A DNA stretch of 64,000 nucleotides. Origin: Candidatus Bathyarchaeota archaeon (lineage in GTDB: Archaea; Thermoproteota; Bathyarchaeia; Bathyarchaeales; Bathycorpusculaceae). The stretch lies in assembly GCA_963806535.1 (NCBI GenBank), contig CAWDYC010000007.1, positions 256,001 to 320,000 on the forward strand, given 5' to 3'. The position numbers and the translations under genes were made by a program. Shown piece by piece: positions 19,625-28,727 of this stretch (its first letter is position 1; every line of letters starts with the position of its first letter). The notes beneath the pieces were generated by a model that had not been told where the DNA came from, searched no databases, and saw nothing but the letters and a program-made list of their open reading frames with translations.

Positions 19625-20623
19625 ATGGCAATTAATGAAGAAGCACTCATGTGGGTCGAGAAATACCGACCAAAAAACTTAGACGAAGTTGTAGACTTAC
19701 GTGATATAGTTACAAGCCTAAAGGCTTTCATGAAAAACCCAAAAATAATGCCTCACTTGATGTTCGCTGGCATACCTGGTACTGGAAAAACCACTCTTGC
19801 ATTATGCATCGCGCATGAACTTTTTGGTCCAAACTGGAAGAACTTCACGCTTGAGCTAAACGCTTCAGACGAACGAGGAATCGATACTGTTCGTGAGAGA
19901 GTTAAAGATTTTTCGCGTTATAGTCGATCAGGCTTTGGCAACGTACCTTTTGCGCTCATTATCCTTGATGAATGCGACCAGATGACAGGTCCTGCCCAAA
20001 CAGCTTTGAGAAGAATAATGGAAACCAGTTCCCGCACATCCAGGTTTATTCTCATATGTAACCAATCAAGCAAGATTATCGAACCAATACAAAGCCGCTG
20101 CGCAATATTCCGATTTTCAAGATTGGATAAGCAAGCGATGAAAGAGCAACTGCAGTGCATAGCCAAAAAAGAAAACGTCAAACTGGTACCTGAAGCGGCT
20201 GAAAGAATAGTAGATTTTTCTGAAGGTGACCTCAGGCATGCTATAAACGCTTTGCAGACAGCTTCAGCGTACAAGCAAGGAGAAGTAGATGAAAAAACCG
20301 TTTCATTGGTCATCGGGGAGGCTAGCCCAATGCAAGTCCAAAAAATGATTAGAAAAGCATTATTCGGCGACTTCATTGAAGCCAGGAAAACAATGTACGA
20401 AATAATGGGGTCTTACGGATTTTCAGGGACGGAAATAATACGCCAGGTCCAACGGGAAATCTTTAAAATGTCTGATCTGACGCCTGAACAAAAAGCAGAG
20501 TTATCAAGCACAATCGGTGAATATGATTTTCGTTTAACTCAAGGCGCTAACAGCGACATTCAGCTAAGCGCATTGCTTGCCCAATTTGGAAAATTCGGTA
20601 AAGTCATAGGGGAAACCTATTGA
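19625..20623 (+). CDS. rfcS: Replication factor C small subunit
   Basis: WVEKYRP, GIPGTGKT, ELNASDERGID, DECD, SRC. Confidence 0.96.
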   Translation: MAINEEALMWVEKYRPKNLDEVVDLRDIVTSLKAFMKNPKIMPHLMFAGIPGTGKTTLALCIAHELFGPNWKNFTLELNASDERGIDTVRERVKDFSRYSRSGFGNVPFALIILDECDQMTGPAQTALRRIMETSSRTSRFILICNQSSKIIEPIQSRCAIFRFSRLDKQAMKEQLQCIAKKENVKLVPEAAERIVDFSEGDLRHAINALQTASAYKQGEVDEKTVSLVIGEASPMQVQKMIRKALFGDFIEARKTMYEIMGSYGFSGTEIIRQVQREIFKMSDLTPEQKAELSSTIGEYDFRLTQGANSDIQLSALLAQFGKFGKVIGETY

Positions 20624-21849
20624 AAAATGATCTTTTGTGGGTTGAAAAGTACCGCCCAAAAAAGATAGAAGATATAATCGGCAATGAAGAAGCGAAAGCT
20701 ACTTTTATCGAATGGCTAAAGAGCAAACGCAAAAACAAGAAAGCCGTCTTGCTTTATGGTCCGCCCGGCGTAGGTAAAACTGCGCTAGTTAATGCTGCCT
20801 CAAAAGAATTTGGCTATACAATCATCGAAATGAATGCGAGTGACACCAGATCAGAAAAAGCCGTCAACGAAATTGCTAAACCGGCCACATCATATCTTGC
20901 CTTGGACACTTTCACAGCCGAAAGCAAAGGTAACCTGCTTTTTCTCGACGAAGTCGACGGCATTGCAGGCAACGAGGACAGAGGCGGAGTTAGTGCAATA
21001 ATAGAAATCGTTGAAAAAGCTCGAGTGCCAGTTATAATGGCTGCAAACGATCCAACAATTGACAAGTTAAGGCCTCTGAAGAAAGTTTGTTTGCTGATTC
21101 GTTTTCACCAAATTCGATTGCCGCTTATCATTTCTTTGTTGCAAAAGATTTGTTTGCTAGAACATGTAAAAGCGGATTTTGAGGCGCTGGAGCACATTGC
21201 CCAAAACAGCAAAGGCGATGTTCGTTCAGCTATAAATGACCTTCAAAGTGTCGGTGAAGAAAACCATGTTTTAACACTTCAAGACACAATGGCACTTACC
21301 TCCAGAAACAAAGACATCAGTATGGATGAAACGCTCAGAGGCTATTTCTCGGCAAAATCAGTTGAGGAGGCATCGTCCTTGCTTTTCCGATCAAGTGTTG
21401 ACTATGACGAATTTATAATGTCAGTAAGTGATAATCTCCCCAGACGATACACAAACCCGGGCGAGCTTGCTGCTGCATACGATTTTGTTTCCAAAGCGGA
21501 CCTCTTTCGAGGAAGAATTGGGACAGAACATTGGCACCTTTTGAAGTATTTCTTTAATGCATTGTCCGAAGCAGCGGCAGTTGGACCGGAATCATATAAG
21601 CCCTTTGAATTTATTTCGCCTCCCATTAGAATTATCACTTTGTTTTGGACTAAGGGCAAAAGAACCATGCTTGACAATATCTGCGGAAAAATTGGAGCTC
21701 AATGCCACGTTTCTCATTCAATTGCTAAGCATAATTTCATTCCATACCTTAAGATCATACTGGAAAAACAAAAAACAAGCCCATTGATTTCCTCTCTTGA
21801 ACTTACACCAGAAGAGGTCGATTTTCTAATCAAAATGAATAGGTATTGA
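20620..21849 (+). CDS. rfcL: Replication factor C large subunit
   Basis: WVEKYRP, GPPGVGKT, EMNASD.R, DEVDG, GDVRSAINDLQ; overlaps the rfcS stop. Confidence 0.93.
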   Translation: MKNDLLWVEKYRPKKIEDIIGNEEAKATFIEWLKSKRKNKKAVLLYGPPGVGKTALVNAASKEFGYTIIEMNASDTRSEKAVNEIAKPATSYLALDTFTAESKGNLLFLDEVDGIAGNEDRGGVSAIIEIVEKARVPVIMAANDPTIDKLRPLKKVCLLIRFHQIRLPLIISLLQKICLLEHVKADFEALEHIAQNSKGDVRSAINDLQSVGEENHVLTLQDTMALTSRNKDISMDETLRGYFSAKSVEEASSLLFRSSVDYDEFIMSVSDNLPRRYTNPGELAAAYDFVSKADLFRGRIGTEHWHLLKYFFNALSEAAAVGPESYKPFEFISPPIRIITLFWTKGKRTMLDNICGKIGAQCHVSHSIAKHNFIPYLKIILEKQKTSPLISSLELTPEEVDFLIKMNRY

Positions 21850-21859
21850 GGGAAAGGAA

Positions 21860-22198
21860 TTGGTGGTTGTTTTAAATCCGAAGGGATTCAAGCTTCCGAG
21901 GGTTGAAAAAGAAAAATTTGTTCTTTTGATACGTTTGGGCTTGGACTATAATCGGGAGCAATGCTTGTATTCAATCAAGAATTATAATAACATCGAAAAA
22001 CTTTTAGAAACAATTAGCGCTATCCTAAACACTGAAGTTATTTTCCTCCAAACTTGTACCCGCTGTGGAAAAGATTTTCCATGCTCTGATTGCAGTTACA
22101 ACGAGTTATGCACAACAAAAGACCTTCCGTTTAGTTGTGTTTGCACTCACTGTTTGAGAGATAGAAAACACTTCGAACAGTATCTAGAGAAATTCTAG
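21860..22198 (+). CDS. Hypothetical protein with Cys-rich C-terminus (putative Zn-binding)
   Basis: CTRCG...CSDC....C.......CVCTHC; 10 bp after rfcL. Confidence 0.7.
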   Translation: MVVVLNPKGFKLPRVEKEKFVLLIRLGLDYNREQCLYSIKNYNNIEKLLETISAILNTEVIFLQTCTRCGKDFPCSDCSYNELCTTKDLPFSCVCTHCLRDRKHFEQYLEKF

Positions 22199-22413
22199 TC
22201 GGTTTTTCATACACTTCCACCTAAGGCCTGCTTATATCTCAATTTTGTTAAGGAAATTTACCTGCTAAATAGCCTGCTTCTCCCTCCTTACCTTTGAGAC
22301 GAAATCTCTCGTTTTTTATTTTTAGTAACTTAATGTGAGCTCTTTCCGTGCTTACTAACTGTGAACTGACTATTTATTGAAATTCATTGGTTTACCTCAA
22401 AGAAGTGAATCAA

Positions 22414-23154
22414 ATGAAAAACAAAATAATTGAGGCTGAAAACCTCACCAAGATATATAAAAAATCAGTCAAAGCTGTAGACGACATTTCATTTCTCTGT
22501 GGATGAAGGAGAACTGTTCGGATTTCTTGGCCCTAACGGCGCTGGAAAAACGACAACCATAAAAATGCTAACCACCATAGCAGCCATATCTTCAGGAAGA
22601 GCAACCGTTGCAAGCAATGAAGTTGGCAAAAACCCAGCAGCGGTACGTAAAGTCATAGGTGTAGTCCCTCAGGAACTCACAGCAGACGACGAGCTAAAAG
22701 GAATAGAAAACCTACTTCTTGCAGCTAAGCTTCACCATGTCCCAAACAATTCAGCTCGCAAGAAAGCGAATGACTTACTGAAACTCTTGGAGCTTGAAAG
22801 TGCTGCCCAAAGACAAGTTAAAACATACTCGGGAGGCATGCGCAGGCGACTGCAATTAGCGATAGGACTTATTCATAACCCGAAAATCCTGTTTTTAGAT
22901 GAGCCAACCTTGGGATTGGATGTTCAAACGAGGCAGAACATGTGGTCCACAAAATCAAGCTTGCAAGGACTGAAACAGCTTTACCCACAATAATTGAAAC
23001 ATTAACTAAGAAAGGCCTCAAAATCAACGACATCGCTTTAGTTAAACCGACGCTCGACCAGGTCTTTTTGCAAGTCACAGGCAACGCGATGCGTGACAGA
23101 GCAGCAAACGGCGATTCCTATGGTCAAAGGGTTTTGATTGAGAGGATGAAGTAA
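22414..23154 (+). pseudogene. ABC-2 (DrrA-type) transporter ATPase, frameshifted and internally deleted
   Basis: ATG 22414 MKNKIIEAENLTK...AVDDISF, frameshift near 22495, then GPNGAGKT, YSGGMRRR, LDEPT. After QTRQNMW it jumps straight to the C-terminal PTLDQVFL region with no H-loop. Confidence 0.75.
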
Positions 23155-23155
23155 A

Positions 23156-24016
23156 ATGTTCGGCGACACAATAGCATTAACTGGACGTTCCCTCAAAAAG
23201 TGGATACGAAACCCAGCCGCCATAATGCCTGGCTTGTTTATGGCAGTCTTTTGGCTGGCACTTTTCGGCAGCTCATTTAACCCAGTCAACCTTGTCCCCA
23301 CACAAATCGGAGGCACACCTTTGTCTCCGGTTCTAATTGCGCAGATTAAAGATGCGATGACTTCAGTATTCGGCGGTGCAGCAAACTACATAACGTTCCT
23401 TACGGCAGGCGTAATCGCCTTTATCGTCATAGTAAACATGGCCTATGGCGGCATCGACATAATCCTTGATAGACAACTAGGCTATCTTAACTCGTTGCTG
23501 AGCGCACCAATATCGAGAGCATCAATATTCTTCGCTGGAACACTGCAGAACTTTGTGAAAGCTATGTTTATAGCTTTATTAACATTCATAGTCGCGGTCG
23601 TTCTTCCAAACGGGTTACAAGTTGGAGCAGGCTTTGGCGTGCTTAACTTCCTTGGCATCTTCGTTGCTTTTGGGCTTGTAACATTCGGGTTCGGTTGTCT
23701 CTTTACGGCAGTTGCCTTCTCTGTGAAACAAGTTGATTCATTGGTTGCAATCATCAATTTTTTGGCTTTTCCCTTAGTGTTCATGAGTAGCGCGATGTTT
23801 CCGCTTGGAACATTTCCGTCATGGCTCAAAAATATAGCAGAGGTTAACCCAATCACGAAAACTGTGGAGACCGCCAGACTGCTTATAGTAAACGGCAATC
23901 TCTCTGCAGGGCAACTGCCAACGTTAGCTGGAAACATACTGTATCTAATCGTCTTCGCTGTGGTGCTTGCAGTTATTGGATACTTGATTGCACGTAAAGC
24001 GTTGAAGGCTGAATAA
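23156..24016 (+). CDS. ABC-2 type transporter permease
   Basis: Six hydrophobic segments, DR..G.L..LL.APISR, F.S..FP...P.WL..IA.VNP.T. Confidence 0.92.
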   Translation: MFGDTIALTGRSLKKWIRNPAAIMPGLFMAVFWLALFGSSFNPVNLVPTQIGGTPLSPVLIAQIKDAMTSVFGGAANYITFLTAGVIAFIVIVNMAYGGIDIILDRQLGYLNSLLSAPISRASIFFAGTLQNFVKAMFIALLTFIVAVVLPNGLQVGAGFGVLNFLGIFVAFGLVTFGFGCLFTAVAFSVKQVDSLVAIINFLAFPLVFMSSAMFPLGTFPSWLKNIAEVNPITKTVETARLLIVNGNLSAGQLPTLAGNILYLIVFAVVLAVIGYLIARKALKAE

Positions 24017-24091
24017 AATGAGGAAACACAGAATGAACGTAGTAACACAAAGTGAATTACCCTTAAAAGCGCAGGAGGTAAACTAGAAACC

Positions 24092-25399
24092 ATGTCAGAT
24101 TTACGTATTCCACGCGGACAAACCGTTGCACTCGACGTAGTAGATGGCGACCTCAAAGTTGGCAACAACGTAACAATCCAAGCCACAAATGGCAAAAAAG
24201 TCACCGTTACCAAAGGCGTCTATCTTGAAGGCAAAGCATACGTTAATTGTGACCTTGAATGTGAGTCAATAGGATCCGAGGTTTTTCTCTCCAAATTACG
24301 AGAAATCCGTTCGAGTTCTAACAGAGCAAGGCTAGAATTAACCGGTCGATATGTCGTAAAACTGGAAGTAAATGGCAACTTGATAGTTCATAATCAACTT
24401 AACGTAAGCCACTCTGTGCTTGTCAAGGGTTTAATTAACGCAGCAAACATTGATGTCGGCGGAAAAATTCAAGCAGACTCTATCAAATGCGACCAAATGC
24501 GGGTTGGGGGACGCGTGGACATCCAAAACACTTTCGAAGCATTAGGAGTTGACATAGGCGGTAAAGTGCTTGCTCTCGGTACAGTAAAAATAGGAGACCT
24601 GCACGTAGGGGGCGAAGCCGAAGTAGGGGGAGGAACTATAACAGGTAACATTCGAGTTGGTGGAAAATTCATCAGCAAATCACCTCTTGAGTTTGGCGAA
24701 CTATTGGTTTACGGCAGAGGAATGCTTCCTGCAGGCTGCAAAGGCCACAAAATTTCAACTTTCGGCAAACTTTCTATTGATGGAAACATCACCTGCGATT
24801 TCTTTGAAGTCGGCGGTTTCATCGAAATCAACGGCGATTGCCATGCTAAACAGGTAGAAATAGGTGGAAAACTTCAGGTGACAGGTTCCCTGTTTGTTTC
24901 AGATAAAATCGAAGGCTATGGAGCAACAGAGATCGCAGGTAACTTCGAGAGCACACAACTTCGAGTCAGTGGCAAATTCACAGCAAACAGGATATTTGTA
25001 AAAGAACAAGCCGATATCAGCGGTAAAGTTGAAACTAAAGAAGGGCTGAAAACCAAGCTTTTGATTGTTCGCAGTGGCAGTCGATGTATAGGTGTTTTAA
25101 TTGGTGAACGAGTGGAAGTTGGAAAAAGCTCGGATTTAAGCTATGGAGGCTGGGGAATTAACTGGGCAACTAAATGGGGAGTGGCTGGAGCGATGGCTAG
25201 AGCTGACGATATTTATGCGAACGAAGTTGTAATCGGACCAATGTGCAGAATAGGACGCATATTTGCCGATACAGTAAAGTTAGAACAGGGTTCAACTGCC
25301 GAGCAAGTAACGTACACTATTGAGCTTAAGACAGATTTCGGCGCGGTCATAAGCCAGCAACCTCAAAAAGTAACCTCTCTACCAAAGAAACCATTCTAG
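24092..25399 (+). CDS. Polymer-forming cytoskeletal (bactofilin-like) beta-helix repeat protein
   Basis: Tandem repeats of about 16-17 aa with (I/V)xVGG/xVxG cores throughout 435 aa. Confidence 0.7.
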   Translation: MSDLRIPRGQTVALDVVDGDLKVGNNVTIQATNGKKVTVTKGVYLEGKAYVNCDLECESIGSEVFLSKLREIRSSSNRARLELTGRYVVKLEVNGNLIVHNQLNVSHSVLVKGLINAANIDVGGKIQADSIKCDQMRVGGRVDIQNTFEALGVDIGGKVLALGTVKIGDLHVGGEAEVGGGTITGNIRVGGKFISKSPLEFGELLVYGRGMLPAGCKGHKISTFGKLSIDGNITCDFFEVGGFIEINGDCHAKQVEIGGKLQVTGSLFVSDKIEGYGATEIAGNFESTQLRVSGKFTANRIFVKEQADISGKVETKEGLKTKLLIVRSGSRCIGVLIGERVEVGKSSDLSYGGWGINWATKWGVAGAMARADDIYANEVVIGPMCRIGRIFADTVKLEQGSTAEQVTYTIELKTDFGAVISQQPQKVTSLPKKPF

Positions 25400-25421
25400 G
25401 CAATTGCGAGATGCATATAAA

Positions 25422-25745
25422 ATGAGGGATCATGAAACAAAGCGTTCCAAAACTGACTTGTACGCCCAAGTCCTCGAAGTTCTTATACGTTATCCTGAGG
25501 GTGGAAAAATCACCCGCATCTCTTATGGTGTAGGAGTCCCCGTTGATCGCCTCAGAAATATTATAGAAACACTAAGCAATTATGGGCTAACAAGAAAATT
25601 CACCACAGAATCACAAAACCTTTACTTTGCCACGCCCCGCGGCTTAGAATTTTTGGACACTTACTGGAAAATGAAAGGTTTCTTAGAAATCTTCAATAAC
25701 ACTCAATCATTAAATAGCCAAAAAAAGAAAACAAATATTTCATAA
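25422..25745 (+). CDS. Winged-helix transcriptional regulator (archaeal HTH_45-like)
   Basis: KRSKTDLY..VL.......KITRISY.......L...I..L...GL......Y..T.RGLEFL. Confidence 0.85.
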   Translation: MRDHETKRSKTDLYAQVLEVLIRYPEGGKITRISYGVGVPVDRLRNIIETLSNYGLTRKFTTESQNLYFATPRGLEFLDTYWKMKGFLEIFNNTQSLNSQKKKTNIS

Positions 25746-25763
25746 CCAATTGAACTCTCTTTT

Positions 25764-26605
25764 TTATTTTGATAGATCGCAAACAAACATAGATTCAGAT
25801 AGTTGAAACATTTTTAAAGACGAGGAATATGCTCGAATCTTTCGTTTTCTGATAAGAAGAGCTAAAGAGGCTACTACCATTGCAACGGCTGCCCCAAGCC
25901 CTATTCCATATACAAATTCGACTGGAGAGACTTCGCTCTTAGATTTTGATTCTTGCTGCACCGCTGCTTTTTGGGTGGGCTGAGTGGGTTGAGTGATATT
26001 TGTCGGGGTTGTCGTTGGCTCGGTTATTGTCTCGTTTTTCAAAGAAGTATTCTGTGCTTGAACGGGAGGGCGGAGATTGCCAACTTGAGATGTTGGGCAC
26101 GTTCCAATTCGTTTCCCGAAGATGTTTGAACTGAGGACTCACTCATTGTTATTGAAGTAATCAGTGATATCCACATGTTGCCGTTATATCCAGGCATTAC
26201 CAAACGTAATGTCTCAGGTAAAGATGCACCATTTAATTGATAAGCGATTATTGTACTTGACCCCAAGGCATCATCCAACGAAAGACTCACTTTGTATCCA
26301 TCTGAAGCGACAAAATCGATGGAACTAATGGTTTGGTCCAAACCTGATTGCTCAAGCAAATAGCTAAGGCTAACTCCACTCCAATCGCCATTGGCAACCG
26401 GAGCGCCGTAACAAGCAAGATTAGCGTTTTCAGTAGTTACAGGCATTGCCAAGAGCTGGTCCAAACTATAGTTAAGAGAGGTGTTTGGACTATTTACTTG
26501 TAAGTTCCAATCTGTGCTAGCTGAGACTTTGCTTAAAGGCATTATTGAAAGCAGTCCGAATATTGTTAGGAAAAGGCAAGTTTGAAGAAGTTTCTTTTTA
26601 TTCAT
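25764..26605 (-). CDS. Secreted molybdopterin-binding oxidoreductase domain protein with C-terminal TM anchor; frameshift(s) near 26040-26110
   Basis: Signal peptide, SL.QL.AMP, L.C, W.GV.L..LL, F.ASDGY, IAY.LNG.L, LRLV.PG..G..W. Second ORF is a T/P/Q linker, TM helix and RKRK. Confidence 0.75.
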
Positions 26606-26790
26606 GTTTTTCACCCGTGTTATTACAACATATGACAATCGTCATATTTTAAACATTCTTAATTTTAGGAGAAATTGAATCAGACGTCCATTCCCTGTAT
26701 ACAAAAGCATCAACCAAACACACAAAAACCCAGCGAAGGCAAATCTTATCTAGTTATTCCTAATTAACTTTCAATGCAGAAGGCTTGTTT

Positions 26791-28041
26791 ATGGCAGAAG
26801 AACATACACCATTAACCGTTGCACTTTCCCAACTTAAACTTGCTTGCAAAAAACTCCAGTTAGATACTGGAATGCATAAGATGCTAAGTTCGCCCAAACG
26901 CTCAATCAGTGTAAGCATCGATATTCGAATGGATAATGGTGCTGTCGGTGTTTTCAACGGTGTCCGAGTTCAACATTGGGATGCGCGAGGACCATTCAAA
27001 GGCGGAATCCGCTTTAGCCCAAATGTTACCCAAGACGATGTTACAGCTTTGGCAATGTTGATGACTTGGAAATGCGCTATTGCAGACATTCCATTTGGAG
27101 GAGCAAAAGGCGGAGTATGCGTTGATTCTAAAAAAATGAGCAAACATGAACTTGAACGCTTAACTCGCAGATACGTTAGCTTAATTTTTGAGTATTTAGG
27201 TCCACACCGCGACATTCCTGCACCAGACATGTACACTGACGCCCAAACCATGGCTTGGATCATGGATACTTACAGCCAACTTAAAGGCTACAGCATCCCT
27301 GAAAGCGCCACAGGCAAACCAGTAGAAATCGGAGGTTCATGGGGACGAACGGAAGCCACAGGCAGGGGCGTAATTCACTGCGTAAAACAAGCTGCTGAAA
27401 ACAATGGACTCAAACTCAAAAACTCAGCCATAGTCATTCAGGGCTTTGGTAATGTTGGCTACAACGCTGCGGTTGCTGCACAAGAAATCGGCGCGAAAGT
27501 AATAGCGGTTAGCGATTCCACAGGCGGAATCTACTGCCAAGAGGGCTTAAACATACCAGACGTTTTAGCTCATAAAGAAGAAACCAGTTCAGTTCAGAAT
27601 TATAAAAGCTGTAAAAACATAACTAACGAGGAACTGCTTGAATTGCCCTGTGACGTACTGATTCCTGCAGCGCTTGAAAACCAAATCACTTGCCAAAACG
27701 TGGATAAAATCAAAGCCAAGATGGTTGCTGAAGCGGCAAACGGACCCACAAATCCTGATGCCGATAAGGTATTGTATGAAAAAGGAATCTGTCTAATACC
27801 AGACATTCTTGCTAACTGCGGCGGAGTAACCGTTAGCTACTTTGAATGGGTACAAAACCTCACCCGCGAGCAGTGGCCGCTGGAGAAAGTTAACAGAAAA
27901 CTAGAAGAAAAAATGACTAAAGCATTCAATGATGTGGTCGCAATTTCGGAGAAGGAGGAAAGTGACATGCGTACAGGCGCGCTTATGCTTGGCGTGGGAA
28001 GAGTAGCCAATGCAATAAAAACATTGGGACTTTGGCCATAA
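26791..28041 (+). CDS. gdhA: Glu/Leu/Phe/Val dehydrogenase (glutamate dehydrogenase)
   Basis: RGPFKGGIRF, MTWK, GGAKGG, DIPAPD, IQGFGNVG, EAANGP, GGVTVSYFEW. Confidence 0.93.
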   Translation: MAEEHTPLTVALSQLKLACKKLQLDTGMHKMLSSPKRSISVSIDIRMDNGAVGVFNGVRVQHWDARGPFKGGIRFSPNVTQDDVTALAMLMTWKCAIADIPFGGAKGGVCVDSKKMSKHELERLTRRYVSLIFEYLGPHRDIPAPDMYTDAQTMAWIMDTYSQLKGYSIPESATGKPVEIGGSWGRTEATGRGVIHCVKQAAENNGLKLKNSAIVIQGFGNVGYNAAVAAQEIGAKVIAVSDSTGGIYCQEGLNIPDVLAHKEETSSVQNYKSCKNITNEELLELPCDVLIPAALENQITCQNVDKIKAKMVAEAANGPTNPDADKVLYEKGICLIPDILANCGGVTVSYFEWVQNLTREQWPLEKVNRKLEEKMTKAFNDVVAISEKEESDMRTGALMLGVGRVANAIKTLGLWP

Positions 28042-28174
28042 ACACGTAAAAATCAACAAATTTGCATAATACCTTTTGCATTTTTCCCTAGTGCAAACGC
28101 TTAAAACCTCTCTCGTCATATCCTTTGAACCCCACAAAAAGAAAAACAATGGGACTTGAGAGGGAAAAAGGAAG

Positions 28175-28726
28175 TTGGCAGCCAAAATTTGTACCTTAGA
28201 CTTCAGTTATGAGAACTCACTGGTCAAGATTGTTGCTAACAGAAATTGTCCTGAAATTAAGCTTGCAGGATTAACAGTCGGTCCTTTTGATGAAGGAAAT
28301 GAGTATGAAGTTTATTTTTGGGTTGCAAAAGAGTTAGCCAGTTCGGGAATGGTTCATTTCCGGGAAGACGACGTTTTAGACGCAACAAAATTGTTTAAGG
28401 TGCAATGGAAAGAGGGCGTGCAAATTCCAGGGCAAATTTCAGAGTTGCCAGACGATTTTTATCCTAAACTTCGCAGGTTCATTTCCGACTTGAAAGATCA
28501 AGCCTCAAGACCCGAAAAATATCAAGAACACTTCAAAGCAAAACAATTAGCTCGAGACATTGTGAATTCTCGCTTAAAGAAAATTGTTGCATTATCTTCT
28601 GCTCCTTCACAGACTGAGCAGGTTCTAAAAAAACTCTCAAGTGAAGAAAAAATCCTTTTTGAACAACTTGTCAAAATAATCTCACGATGGAAAGCAGAAA
28701 TTTTAGAGACTGAAGGAGAAAAGTAA
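28175..28726 (+). CDS. gins23: GINS complex subunit Gins23
   Basis: B-domain first (GPF..G.E.EV..WVA..L), LP.DFY, R.KKI..L, L..EE; immediately upstream of MCM. Confidence 0.85.
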   Translation: MAAKICTLDFSYENSLVKIVANRNCPEIKLAGLTVGPFDEGNEYEVYFWVAKELASSGMVHFREDDVLDATKLFKVQWKEGVQIPGQISELPDDFYPKLRRFISDLKDQASRPEKYQEHFKAKQLARDIVNSRLKKIVALSSAPSQTEQVLKKLSSEEKILFEQLVKIISRWKAEILETEGEK

Positions 28727-28727
28727 G

